The notes under the pieces are model-generated. The model ran no database searches. It saw nothing but the letters and a program-made list of their open reading frames with translations, and was not told where the DNA came from. From contig CAZJBH010000002.1 in the NCBI GenBank assembly GCA_964544485.1, forward strand, positions 1 to 39,402: a stretch of DNA of 39,402 nt. The letters run 5' to 3'. Below, piece by piece: positions 7,053 through 16,342 of the stretch; positions within the stretch are counted from its first letter, which is position 1; the number at the start of each line of letters is the position of its first letter. Source of the stretch: an uncultured Candidatus Saccharibacteria bacterium. Its GTDB lineage: Bacteria; Patescibacteriota; Minisyncoccia; Portnoybacterales; UBA2143. The position numbers and the translations under genes are program-made.

Positions 7053-8351
7053 TTATTCTTGATTTATTTTCAGCCAGCTGGCAATTAGAATCCAAAGATT
7101 CCATTGAAGAGCAGTAGTTCTAAGAATATTATCAAATGAGCTGGCTGCGATTAGGCTGATAAAAATCGCTAAAATGCCAATTCCCATAGTTTTGGAAATT
7201 TTAGAATTTAAGCAGGTTTTTAAAAGCTTTTGCAGAGTTCCCAGAAAGAGCCATAAATAAATGCTTAAGCCAATTAAGCCGGTTTCAGTCATGATTTTTA
7301 AATAATCATTATGAGCATCTAAGCTGCCAAAACTATATCCGCGTAAATACTCTACTAAATAATTGAATACTCCGATGCCATGGCCAAGCCAAGGTTGCCA
7401 AAAAGCGATTGGCAGAACATCTTTCCAAAGTCGAAATCTCCAGATAATTGAACCATATGGGTCTAAAGAAATTAAATTCCAAAGCCGTTCTTGAAAAACC
7501 TCAGAAAGCAAATAAGCGGCAAAAAAACAGAGAACCCCGATTAAAAGCATTTTCTTATATCTAATTAAGCCAATGATTAAAATAAAGATGAGAAAAGCTG
7601 CATAAGCAGAGCGGGTATAGGTGAAAAATAAAAGGCCTCCGGCGACAAAAATAAAGAAAAGCATTTGAAGCTTGCTCCAGCCTATTTTGTCTTCTGATTC
7701 AATTTTTTTAAAAGCAAGTAAAAAACTGATTGCTAAACCAAGAATGAAGAAAGAATAAAAAGCAAATAGATTAGGATGGGCAAAAGTTCCAAAAATCCTT
7801 TTGAATCCTCCAAATTGGTCTGGCATGCCTAATCCGAAAACTTGCTGGATAAAAGCGAATAAGGCCGGGATAATATAGCTTAATAGAATAAAAGATATGA
7901 TTAAATACCAATCCTTTTTATTGGTTGTTAATTTATAAGCCATAAAATAAATTAGAAAGATGCTGGATATTCTGATAAATTCTTGCAAGCTAATCAAACT
8001 GTTATATGAATAAAAAATGCTAATGAAAATAACTGACAAAAAAGCAATAATTGGCCAAAAAAGAGGAGCTTTGAAAAGATTTTTAAGATTAGCTAAAAAG
8101 AAAATAGCTCCAATAATAAAAACCAGGCTGCCAAGAATTGTATTTACATTTAAATAAGGAAGAGTTGAATGCAATTTAAATTCAAATTGGCTAAAAAAAT
8201 CTAAACATGGCCTGATTAAGATTAATCCGAGCAAGAAATAAAAAAGAGGCCTTTGTTGCGCTTTTTTTAATTTTTGCTTGGCTTGGTTTAAATCATCCTG
8301 GATATTATAGAAGCCAGCCTCTTGATTTGATTTGCTATTGACTTTTTCCAT
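7053..8351 (-). CDS. O-antigen ligase / polymerase-like (Wzy_C family) polytopic membrane protein
   Basis: 432 aa with about 10-12 TM segments. It contains TRSAY...FL and a periplasmic-loop-type HNDYLKIMTETGLIGL block, typical of the O-antigen ligase family. Confidence 0.65.
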   Translation of the reverse strand: MEKVNSKSNQEAGFYNIQDDLNQAKQKLKKAQQRPLFYFLLGLILIRPCLDFFSQFEFKLHSTLPYLNVNTILGSLVFIIGAIFFLANLKNLFKAPLFWPIIAFLSVIFISIFYSYNSLISLQEFIRISSIFLIYFMAYKLTTNKKDWYLIISFILLSYIIPALFAFIQQVFGLGMPDQFGGFKRIFGTFAHPNLFAFYSFFILGLAISFLLAFKKIESEDKIGWSKLQMLFFIFVAGGLLFFTYTRSAYAAFLIFILIIGLIRYKKMLLIGVLCFFAAYLLSEVFQERLWNLISLDPYGSIIWRFRLWKDVLPIAFWQPWLGHGIGVFNYLVEYLRGYSFGSLDAHNDYLKIMTETGLIGLSIYLWLFLGTLQKLLKTCLNSKISKTMGIGILAIFISLIAASSFDNILRTTALQWNLWILIASWLKINQE

Positions 8352-8406
8352 AAAATTTGGCAGAATAAGAACAAAGGAGGAAATCCTTTTTTTAATTTAT
8401 TCTACA

Positions 8407-9474
8407 ATGAAATCAAATAAAAATTCAATTAAAGATATTGTTTTAGCTCTGACCTATCAATGCAACAGTTGTTGCAAGTTTTGTAATATTTGGAAAAGCA
8501 AGAAAACTTTTTCTTTATTGCCAGAGGATTATAAAAATATACCACAAAGTGTAAAAAACATCAATCTTTCCGGCGGAGAGCCTTTCTTAAGAAAGGATTT
8601 GCCGCAAATTATTAAATCTATTAGCCGCCAAGTTCCTAAGGCTAAAATTATTATTTCTACGAATGGTTTTAAGCCAAGTTTAATTAAAAAAAACATGCAG
8701 CAAATCATTAAATTCAAGCGGGATATCGGAGTCGCGGTTTCAATAGACGGATTTGGCAAAGTTCACGAAGATTTAAGGGGAGTTAAAGGTGGATATAGCT
8801 TGGCTTTGGAAAGTATTCGTTTATTAAAGGAATTAGGCATTCAAGATATTAAAATTGCTTTTACCCTAGGGAATTATAATATAGATCAATTAAAAAGAGT
8901 TTATCGATTAAGCCAAGAATTAAAAGTTGAATTTAGCTTGGCGATTTATCATAACTCAGCTCATTATTTTTCCACTAGCGCGAATAAAGTTTCTAAGATA
9001 AAAACAATTAAAAAAGAATTGCTTTGGCTAATTGAGCAAGAACTTAAATCTTATTCTTTAAAGCGCTGGCTAAGAGCGTATTTTACCTGGGGTGTAATTT
9101 GGTATTTAGAAAACAAGGAAAGAATTTTGCCTGATTATTCCGGTAAAAACTCTTTATTTATTGATTCTTACGGAAATATTTATCCTTCTGATGTTTGGAG
9201 CTTGCGATTAGGCAAGTTGCAAGAAATAAAGGATTGGAAAGAATTTCAGAAACAAGCGGGAAAACAAGTTGATATAGAAAAAGCTCCGGTTAATTGGATG
9301 GTTTGTACTGCTCGGCAGGCGATTAAAAAACATTGGTTTCAGGTTATTTCTTGGATAATAGTTAATAAGATGAGTTTAATTTTAACCAGACAAACAGTTT
9401 TAGAAGCTGATTTTAGCCGATTAAATTTATTTACTCAAGCAGGTAAAATTATTAAAAAAATTAGCATATTCTAA
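8407..9474 (+). CDS. radical SAM enzyme (single CX3CX2C cluster, Cys-less SPASM/twitch-like C-terminus)
   Basis: CNSCCKFC gives Cys at positions 1, 5 and 8, i.e. CX3CX2C, followed by the SAM-binding NLSGGEPFL. The track start at 8332 would overlap the divergent gene, so the first ATG at 8407 is preferred. Confidence 0.75.
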   Translation: MKSNKNSIKDIVLALTYQCNSCCKFCNIWKSKKTFSLLPEDYKNIPQSVKNINLSGGEPFLRKDLPQIIKSISRQVPKAKIIISTNGFKPSLIKKNMQQIIKFKRDIGVAVSIDGFGKVHEDLRGVKGGYSLALESIRLLKELGIQDIKIAFTLGNYNIDQLKRVYRLSQELKVEFSLAIYHNSAHYFSTSANKVSKIKTIKKELLWLIEQELKSYSLKRWLRAYFTWGVIWYLENKERILPDYSGKNSLFIDSYGNIYPSDVWSLRLGKLQEIKDWKEFQKQAGKQVDIEKAPVNWMVCTARQAIKKHWFQVISWIIVNKMSLILTRQTVLEADFSRLNLFTQAGKIIKKISIF

Positions 9475-9475
9475 T

Positions 9476-10768
9476 ATGAAAATTTTACAGATTAACAAAT
9501 TTTTTTATTTAAAGGGCGGATCTGAGAGATATTTCTTTGATCTAGCTGATTTATTGTCTCAAAATAAAGAACAGGTTTTTGTTTTTAGTATGAAGAGTTC
9601 TGAGAATTTTGATTATCCTGGACAGGAAAATTTTGTTGAAGAAGTTGATCTGTCAAAAAATCAAGGATGGATAAAAGATATTCAAAAAGCTGTAAAAATT
9701 TTTTGGAACAAGGAAGCGGCTAAAAAACTAGAAAAAATAATTATTCAAGAAAAACCGGATCTAGCGCATCTGCATAATTTTTTCGGACAGCTTTCTCCTT
9801 CAATTATCTATACTTTAAAAAAATATCAGATTCCAATTGTAATAACTTTGCATGATTATAAATGGATGTGTCCGAATTATACTTTTTTTAGCCAAGGACA
9901 AGTTTGTTATGATTGCTTAAATAATCGGAATTACAGGAATTGCTTAACTAAAAAATGCATTAAGAATTCTTATCTTAAAAGCGGGCTTGGCTATTTAGAG
10001 GCTAAATGGCAAAAAGACATATTGAAATTATCAGATAAGATTGATTTTTTTATTGCGCCAAGCAGATTTATTAAAAACAAACTTAAAGAATCAGGAATTG
10101 AATCTTCTAAAATTAAGCAGATCCCAAACTTTATTAATCGCGATTGGATTGATTTTAAAGATGATACTAAAACAATTCGTCCGTATTTTTTGTATTTCGG
10201 GCGCTTGAGCCAAGAAAAAGGAATTCAATTATTAATCAATGCTTTTTTAAAAATAGCTGAGGATTATCCTAATTGGGATTTAAAAATTGCCGGAGAAGGT
10301 CCGGAATATTTTAAAATTGCTCAATTAGCTGAAGAGAACGCGCAAATTCAAATGCTGGGCCAGATTAAAGGAAAAAATTTAAAATCTTTAATTAATCAAT
10401 CCTATGCTGTAGTTGTTCCTTCTTTATGGCCTGAAAATTTTCCTTATACTGTTTTAGAGAGTTTTGCCTTGGCTAAGCCGGTAATTGCTGCTAAAACAGG
10501 CGGTCTGATTGAAATGCTAAATCAGGAAAAGAACGGACTTTTATTTAAGCGCGCTGATTCAGAAGATTTAAAAGAAAAATTAATTTGGGCGATTAAGCAT
10601 TTTAAGAAAATGCAAGATAAGGGCAAAGCTGCTCAAATGGATTTATTGAAAAAATATCAGCCAAGCAGCCATTATGAGAAAATAAGCAGAGTTTATCAGC
10701 AGGCTAAAACAATTAATGCTTGGTCTTGTTGCGAAATAAAAGAGCCGGTTTCCAATAATTTAAATTAA
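9476..10768 (+). CDS. glycosyltransferase family 4 (GT-B, retaining)
   Basis: The C-terminal domain has the ENFPYTVLESFALAKPVIA...GGLIE (E-X7-E type) signature. The N-terminal domain carries a 5-Cys insert, CPNYTFFSQGQVCYDCLNNRNYRNCLTKKC. Confidence 0.8.
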   Translation: MKILQINKFFYLKGGSERYFFDLADLLSQNKEQVFVFSMKSSENFDYPGQENFVEEVDLSKNQGWIKDIQKAVKIFWNKEAAKKLEKIIIQEKPDLAHLHNFFGQLSPSIIYTLKKYQIPIVITLHDYKWMCPNYTFFSQGQVCYDCLNNRNYRNCLTKKCIKNSYLKSGLGYLEAKWQKDILKLSDKIDFFIAPSRFIKNKLKESGIESSKIKQIPNFINRDWIDFKDDTKTIRPYFLYFGRLSQEKGIQLLINAFLKIAEDYPNWDLKIAGEGPEYFKIAQLAEENAQIQMLGQIKGKNLKSLINQSYAVVVPSLWPENFPYTVLESFALAKPVIAAKTGGLIEMLNQEKNGLLFKRADSEDLKEKLIWAIKHFKKMQDKGKAAQMDLLKKYQPSSHYEKISRVYQQAKTINAWSCCEIKEPVSNNLN

Positions 10769-10770
10769 TT

Positions 10771-12108
10771 ATGCAAGAGAAAAAGATTATCAATCTATTA
10801 GTTATTCTAAGCATTATCCTTTCTTTAATAGGTGTATTTTTTGTTTTTTCTAATGACTGGGCTAAAATTGATTATTTTTTAGCTGGTTTTAATGGCTCTG
10901 ATCAAGGAACAAGCAAATTTTCTTTTTTAAAATATTTACCTGAATTATTCGGCTTAAACCAGGAAAAAACATATTTATTGCTTTTCCAAAATAATTTGGA
11001 ATTAAGGCCATCAGGCGGATATTTGGGAAGTTTTGCAATTATTAAGTTTAAAAATGCCAAGATAACTCATTTAGGGATTCATGATACAAATATTTTTGAC
11101 GGATTTGGCCAAGAACAAACACAGCCGCCTCAGCCATTGCAAGATCATTTAGGAATAGAGAATTGGCAGATGAGAGATGGAAACTGGTCTCCGGATTATT
11201 TAATTTCAGCCAAGCAAGTAAAAGATTTTTATCATTTGCAGGGAGGAGAAGAAACTTTTGACGGAATTATTGCGGTTAATGCTACGGTTTTATCGCGTCT
11301 TTTAGAAATTATTGGCCCGGTTTATTTAACTAATCTTGATAAAGAATTTACTTCAGAGAATGTATTATATGAGCTTGAATACGAAGTAGAAAAAAATTAT
11401 TTTAATCACGGGATTGAACAAGGAGAAAGAAAATCCGCTTTAAAAATCTTTATCAAAAAAGTATTAGCTGAATTGATTGACAAAAAGTATTTAACTGATC
11501 AAAATTTAAGAAAACTTGCTTTGGAAGAGTTAGACAAGAAAAATATTTTGCTTTATTTTAAAAATGATAAATTGCAAGATTTTGTTGAAAAGAAAGATTG
11601 GGGCGGAAGAGTTGAAAATAATTATCCGGGTAATTATTTAATGCTTGTAGAAGCTAATTTAATCGGTAAAAAAAGCAATGCTTTTATTCAGAGAAAAGTT
11701 GATTATGCAATTGATTATTCTAACTCAAAACCAAAAGTTAATTTAGAAATTAATTTTACTCATAGCAATCCTAATAAAGATTGGTTTAATCATGATTACC
11801 GTTGTTATTTAAGGGTTTATCTGCCTAAGGGATCTTGGCTGGTTAAGTTTTCAGGATTAAATCAAGAACCGAATTTTAGCCAAGGATTAGGTAAAACAAT
11901 TATCGGCGGATATTTAGTTATTCCAGCCGGTGAATCTAAAAAAATCAGTTTTGAATATCTTTTGCCGGAAGGAATAGGAAAAGAATTATTGATTCAAAAA
12001 CAGCCAGGGATAGATAGTATTGAATATGATTTTCAGATTAAATATTCAAATAAACAAGATAATTCTTTTAATAAGCTTATTTGGCGGGATGAGTTAATCC
12101 AATTATGA
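10771..12108 (+). CDS. DUF4012 domain protein (N-terminal TM anchor)
   Basis: LLFQNNLELRPSGGYLGSFAII matches the hallmark NNxExRPxGG block that I associate with DUF4012. It has a single N-terminal TM and is translationally coupled to the flanking GT4 genes. Confidence 0.6.
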   Translation: MQEKKIINLLVILSIILSLIGVFFVFSNDWAKIDYFLAGFNGSDQGTSKFSFLKYLPELFGLNQEKTYLLLFQNNLELRPSGGYLGSFAIIKFKNAKITHLGIHDTNIFDGFGQEQTQPPQPLQDHLGIENWQMRDGNWSPDYLISAKQVKDFYHLQGGEETFDGIIAVNATVLSRLLEIIGPVYLTNLDKEFTSENVLYELEYEVEKNYFNHGIEQGERKSALKIFIKKVLAELIDKKYLTDQNLRKLALEELDKKNILLYFKNDKLQDFVEKKDWGGRVENNYPGNYLMLVEANLIGKKSNAFIQRKVDYAIDYSNSKPKVNLEINFTHSNPNKDWFNHDYRCYLRVYLPKGSWLVKFSGLNQEPNFSQGLGKTIIGGYLVIPAGESKKISFEYLLPEGIGKELLIQKQPGIDSIEYDFQIKYSNKQDNSFNKLIWRDELIQL

Positions 12109-13205
12109 AAATAGCCATGGTCGGACAAAAAGGAATTCCCACCTTATATGGAGGAATTGAGCGTCATGTTGAAGAGCTGGCTTTGCGTATGGCTAAAAGA
12201 GCTGATTTAAAAGTTTTTGTTTATGCGCGCAATTATTACACTCCTAAAAGGATTAAGAAGTATAAAAAAGTTAATTTGATTCATCTTCCTTCTTTGCCAA
12301 CTAAGCATTTGGATGCGATTAGCCATACTTTTTTAGCTTGTTTGCACAGCGCTTTTAGATTAAAGCCAGATGTGATTCATATTCATGGAATTGGCCCAGC
12401 GCTTTTAACTTGGCTGCCAAAAATATTAATTCCTTCAGCTAAAGTAATTTTTACTTATCATTGCCAAGATTATTATCATCAAAAATGGGGTTTTTTAGCT
12501 AGATTTTCTTTATATTTAGGAGAAAAGATTGGATGCTATTGGGCTGATGAAATTATTGCTGTATCCAAAGATTTACAGGATTATATTCAGGAAAAATATC
12601 AGCGTCAGGCTCAATTTATTCCGCACGGAGTTAATCAGCAAGAAGTTATCCAGCCTAGAATAATTCAGCAATGGGGATTAGAAAAAGAAAATTATATTTT
12701 AGTAGTCAGCCGATTAATCAGGCATAAGGGGATTCATTATTTAATTAAAGCTTATCAGGAGTTGAATCCAAATAAAAAATTAGTTATTGTTGGCCCTTGT
12801 TTTCATACTCATGATTATGAAAAAGAAATAAAAAGAATGGTTGATAATAATCCAAATATTTTATTTTTAGGCGCGCAATCAGGCAGAGCTTTGCAAGAAC
12901 TTTTTGCAAATGCTTATCTTTTTGTTAATCCTTCAGAACAAGAAGGAATGCCTTTATCAGTTTTGGAAGCAGGAGGATTTGGTTTGCCTCTGCTTTTATC
13001 TGATATTAACGCGCACTCTAAAATGTTCGCTAATCTGCCTTATTTTTTTAAAAATAAGAATGTTTTTGATTTAAAAAATCAATTGGCTTATATTCTTAAT
13101 CAGAGAAATAAATCTCTAAGCCAAGGGAAAGAAATCAAGGAATATGCTCGAAAAATATATGATTGGGAAAACGTTGTGGAAAAAACTATTTTAGCTTATG
13201 CTTAA
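12105..13205 (+). CDS. glycosyltransferase family 4
   Basis: MKIAMVGQKGIPTLYGGIERHVEEL at the N-terminus and EQEGMPLSVLEAGGFGLPLL (E-X7-E) at the C-terminus. It has an ATGA overlap with the upstream gene. Confidence 0.8.
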   Translation: MKIAMVGQKGIPTLYGGIERHVEELALRMAKRADLKVFVYARNYYTPKRIKKYKKVNLIHLPSLPTKHLDAISHTFLACLHSAFRLKPDVIHIHGIGPALLTWLPKILIPSAKVIFTYHCQDYYHQKWGFLARFSLYLGEKIGCYWADEIIAVSKDLQDYIQEKYQRQAQFIPHGVNQQEVIQPRIIQQWGLEKENYILVVSRLIRHKGIHYLIKAYQELNPNKKLVIVGPCFHTHDYEKEIKRMVDNNPNILFLGAQSGRALQELFANAYLFVNPSEQEGMPLSVLEAGGFGLPLLLSDINAHSKMFANLPYFFKNKNVFDLKNQLAYILNQRNKSLSQGKEIKEYARKIYDWENVVEKTILAYA

Positions 13206-13243
13206 TTGCTGGTATAATAAAGTTAAATAATATTTAACTTTTT

Positions 13244-14050
13244 ATGGAGAAAAATAAGATTACTCAATCAATTATGATTGCCGCTACTACTTTGATAGCG
13301 GCTTTCGCTTGGGAAAGTTTGGAAAATATTTTTATTTCAGGCAAAAGCTGGATTTGGGCTGGATCAAGTTTTTTTATTTTGCTTGTTTTTTTAAGTTTGA
13401 CTTGGATTTTATCAGAATCCAAAAGCACCAGTTTGATTAATATGGCGGCAATCTATATTTCTTTCTTATTTATTTTTGGATTTGAACTGGCTTATTTGCC
13501 GATTTTAGCGATTTCTTTCGGATTGTTTTTCTTTGGCGCTTATCGGGCTTTAGATGAAAAAAAAGCGCGTTTAAAAATACAGCTTTTTAGCATTCTGAAA
13601 AAGGGAATGCCAATAACCATTACTGGACTTGCTTTAATTATTTCAGCCGCTTATTATTTCTCTCCTATGGGACAAACAGGAGATGATAAAATATCTATTC
13701 CAGAACCTCTTTTTGAATTAATTGCCGATCCATTAATTAAAAATATAGAAAGCCAATTGCCGACTAATCCTTTATCGCAAGAATTAGAGGTTGACGCTTC
13801 TAAGCGCCAGCAAATTAAAGACCTTTTATATGAGCGGATGAATCAGGAAATAAATCGATATAGCCAGAAATATCAAGAATACTTTCCTTTAGGGTTGTCA
13901 ATCGGAGTCTTTTTTGCTATAAAGACAATCGGTTTCTTCGTCATTTATTTAATTATCTTTTTGGCATTTATTATTTTCAAGCTTTTGGTTCATTTTAAAG
14001 CAGTAAAAATACAAGAAGAATCTGTATTAAAGCAGGTAATTGAAGTATAA
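13244..14050 (+). CDS. hypothetical polytopic membrane protein
   Basis: 268 aa with several hydrophobic helices. I recognise no motif. A TGGTATAAT extended -10-like box lies just upstream, at about 13212-13220. Confidence 0.5.
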   Translation: MEKNKITQSIMIAATTLIAAFAWESLENIFISGKSWIWAGSSFFILLVFLSLTWILSESKSTSLINMAAIYISFLFIFGFELAYLPILAISFGLFFFGAYRALDEKKARLKIQLFSILKKGMPITITGLALIISAAYYFSPMGQTGDDKISIPEPLFELIADPLIKNIESQLPTNPLSQELEVDASKRQQIKDLLYERMNQEINRYSQKYQEYFPLGLSIGVFFAIKTIGFFVIYLIIFLAFIIFKLLVHFKAVKIQEESVLKQVIEV

Positions 14051-14085
14051 TGGCGATTGTTTAGTTAATCAGCAATATTTAAATT

Positions 14086-15183
14086 ATGAAGGATTATTAT
14101 GAAATTTTAGGCGTTGATAAAAACGCTAATGAATCGGAAATAAAAAAAGCATATAGAAAATTAGCTTTAAAATATCATCCAGATAAAGCTCCTCAAGACA
14201 AAAAACAAGAATACGAAAAAAAATTCAAAGAAGTAAGCGAAGCTTATCGGGTTCTTTCAGATAAAGAAAAAAGAGCCCAATATGATCAATATGGCCAAAC
14301 TTTTGAAAATCAAGGATTTGGCCAACAGGGTTTTTCTCAGCAGGATTTTGGATCTTTTTATGATGCTTTTGGTGGTAAAGATAGTTTTGAAGATTTGGGT
14401 TTTGATAGGATTTTTGAACAAATTTTTGGCTTTAGCAGAAACAGGGGAAGATCTAGGACAGTTGGCCGTCCAGGAGAGGATATTGCAATTGATACAGAGA
14501 TAAGTTTAGAACAGGCTTATACTGGGGTAGAAAAAGAAATTGAATTAAGAAAATTAAAAGTTTGTCAGAAATGCCAGGGCAAAGGAGGAGAAAATCTAAA
14601 AACTTGTCCTAAATGCCAAGGTTCTGGCTATGAACAGATTAGGTCCGGAAATATTCTTCAAATGTTTATTCAGCAGCGTCCTTGTTCTGAGTGCCAAGGC
14701 CGAGGTCAAATTCCAGAGAAGCCATGTCCTGAATGCCGCGGACAAGGGAGAATCAGAGAATTGGATAAAATTAAAGTAAAAATTCCAGCCGGTATAGCTG
14801 ATGGCCAAACTTTGCAAATGTCTCAATCCGGAGAAGCCGGCCAATACGGAGGTCCGGCCGGAGATCTGTATGTAAATATTCATGTTAAACCGCATTCAGA
14901 TTTTCAAAGGCAAGGAGATAATTTAATTTATAATTTGAAAATTGGTTTTGCTCAGGCAGCTTTAGGTGATAAAATAGAGATACCAATTATTAATAACAGC
15001 AAAATAGGTTTAAAAATTCCAGCCGGAACTCAGCCAGGAGATGTTTTAAAAGTTAAGGATAAAGGCATGCCTAGCTTATACGGACGCAGTAAAGGCGATT
15101 TATTAGTTAAAATTCAAGTTGAAATTCCTAAAAAACTTTCCCGCCAGCAAAAGAAATTAATTCAAGAATTAAAAAATGTTTAA
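14086..15183 (+). CDS. dnaJ: co-chaperone DnaJ (type I)
   Basis: It has a J-domain with HPD (YHPDKAP) and a G/F-rich linker. Four CxxCxGxG zinc-finger repeats follow ([32 protein letters not shown]). Confidence 0.95.
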   Translation: MKDYYEILGVDKNANESEIKKAYRKLALKYHPDKAPQDKKQEYEKKFKEVSEAYRVLSDKEKRAQYDQYGQTFENQGFGQQGFSQQDFGSFYDAFGGKDSFEDLGFDRIFEQIFGFSRNRGRSRTVGRPGEDIAIDTEISLEQAYTGVEKEIELRKLKVCQKCQGKGGENLKTCPKCQGSGYEQIRSGNILQMFIQQRPCSECQGRGQIPEKPCPECRGQGRIRELDKIKVKIPAGIADGQTLQMSQSGEAGQYGGPAGDLYVNIHVKPHSDFQRQGDNLIYNLKIGFAQAALGDKIEIPIINNSKIGLKIPAGTQPGDVLKVKDKGMPSLYGRSKGDLLVKIQVEIPKKLSRQQKKLIQELKNV

Positions 15184-15186
15184 TTT

Positions 15187-15738
15187 ATGCGTGAGTTTTT
15201 AACAAATTTTAGCATTGGAGCAGCTTCAGGCTGGGATATTTTTATTATCCTTATTTTTCTGATTGCTATTTTGATTTATGGTCTTTTCTTGGGCAGAAAT
15301 AGAATGATTGTTTTACTAATCAGCACTTATTTTTCTTTGGTAATTACTCAAGTTATTCCTTGGCAGAAAATAGTTTCAGTTGGTTGGCTGGGAATAGGAG
15401 AAGAGCCGTCTTCTTCTTTAAAAATTATTATTTTTTTAGGCTTAATTCTTCTTTTCTATTTTTTAATCCCGCGTTCAATTTTAAGCTCTACTTTAAGATT
15501 AAGAAAAAGAGGGGATGCTTCTTGGATAATTTTATTTTTATTAAGCATTCTCCAGATTGGCTTATTAGCTATGATTATTTTTTCTTTTCTCCCTAAACAA
15601 GCAAGCGCTGATTTAGGCTCTTTGATTCAAAGAATGTTTATTGGCGATTCAGCTGAATTTATTTGGACGCTTTTGCCAATTTTAGGAATAGTTTTAATTA
15701 AAAGAAAGAAAAAAATTGATAAGAAGAATAAGAAATAA
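15187..15738 (+). CDS. hypothetical membrane protein, possibly CvpA-like
   Basis: 183 aa with about 4 TM helices and a basic tail. Its resemblance to CvpA topology is weak. Confidence 0.4.
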   Translation: MREFLTNFSIGAASGWDIFIILIFLIAILIYGLFLGRNRMIVLLISTYFSLVITQVIPWQKIVSVGWLGIGEEPSSSLKIIIFLGLILLFYFLIPRSILSSTLRLRKRGDASWIILFLLSILQIGLLAMIIFSFLPKQASADLGSLIQRMFIGDSAEFIWTLLPILGIVLIKRKKKIDKKNKK

Positions 15739-15740
15739 GG

Positions 15741-15768
15741 TTGATTTTTATTCTAAAAATGTTAAGAT
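15741..15768 (+). promoter_or_regulatory. promoter for tRNA-Lys (TTGATT-N16-TAAGAT)
   Basis: TTGATT at 15741-15746 and TAAGAT at 15763-15768. The tRNA begins 12 nt after the -10 box. Confidence 0.4.
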
Positions 15769-15780
15769 AATAAAATATTT

Positions 15781-15851
15781 GCCCCGTTAGCTCAGTGGTA
15801 GAGCAGCTGGCTTTTAACCAGTTGATAGGGGTTCGATTCCCTTACGGGGTA
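15781..15851 (+). tRNA. tRNA-Lys (anticodon UUU), CCA not encoded
   Basis: Cloverleaf folded by hand. The acceptor is GCCCCGT/ACGGGGT (G1-U72) and the D-arm is GCTC-AGTGGTA-GAGC. The anticodon arm is GCTGG-CTTTTAA-CCAGT, so the anticodon is TTT. The T-arm is AGGGG-TTCGATT-CCCTT and the discriminator is A. Confidence 0.9.
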
Positions 15852-15857
15852 CTGAGT

Positions 15858-15889
15858 AAAAATCTCGATTTTTAATCGGGATTTTTTTA
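15858..15889 (+). terminator. rho-independent terminator after tRNA-Lys
   Basis: An 11-bp stem, AAATCTCGATT (15860-15870) / AATCGGGATTT (15874-15884), with one G-T pair, running into a T7 tract. Confidence 0.65.
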
Positions 15890-15931
15890 TACACATTGAT
15901 TCTCTAGGTTAAAAATGATAGGATATAGCTT

Positions 15932-16339
15932 ATGAAAAGAGTTTCTAAGAAAAAATTAAAAGAAATTGCTGAAAGATATAATCTTGCCGATATATATGTT
16001 TTTGGATCCCAGGTATCTGGTTTTTCTCATCCGGGAAGTGATTTTGATATTGGAGTGAGATTCATTAAAAAGTTGCCGTCAATAAAAAAAAGAACCCGAG
16101 TTTACGGGGATCTTTATGTTGAATTAAGTTCTTGTTTTAAAAAAGAAAATCTTGATTTGGTTTTTATTCAAGAGGCTCCTTTGCATATTCGATACAAAAT
16201 TTTAACTCAAGGAGAATTAATTTATACCCGAGATCAAATTGAATCTTGCAATTATTTGGAAAAAACAGTTTTAACTTATAATGACTATAAATATTTTATT
16301 GATGAATTTCATGAAGGCATTTTGGAATTTAATCGTTAA
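15932..16339 (+). CDS. mntA: MNT-type nucleotidyltransferase (antitoxin of a HEPN/MNT type VII TA pair)
   Basis: The minimal NTase motif is present: FGSQVSGFSHPGSDFDIGV (GS-X9-DxD). The size is 135 aa. It lies directly upstream of the HEPN gene with a 3-nt spacer. Confidence 0.8.
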   Translation: MKRVSKKKLKEIAERYNLADIYVFGSQVSGFSHPGSDFDIGVRFIKKLPSIKKRTRVYGDLYVELSSCFKKENLDLVFIQEAPLHIRYKILTQGELIYTRDQIESCNYLEKTVLTYNDYKYFIDEFHEGILEFNR

Positions 16340-16342
16340 TTA

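Noticed and set aside
8332-8406. N-terminal extension of the radical SAM ORF (TTG at 8332)
   Set aside because: It would overlap the divergently transcribed O-antigen-ligase-like gene by 20 nt. The conserved domain begins right after the ATG at 8407. The start remains somewhat uncertain, because the GGAGG at 8375-8379 is about 27 nt upstream.
13221-13243. AT-only palindrome AAAGTTAAAT-aat-ATTTAACTTT before the 13244 gene, considered as a terminator or attenuator
   Set aside because: The stem is entirely A-T and therefore weak, and it lies between an extended -10-like box and the ATG. I cannot distinguish a functional element from chance in about 25% GC DNA.
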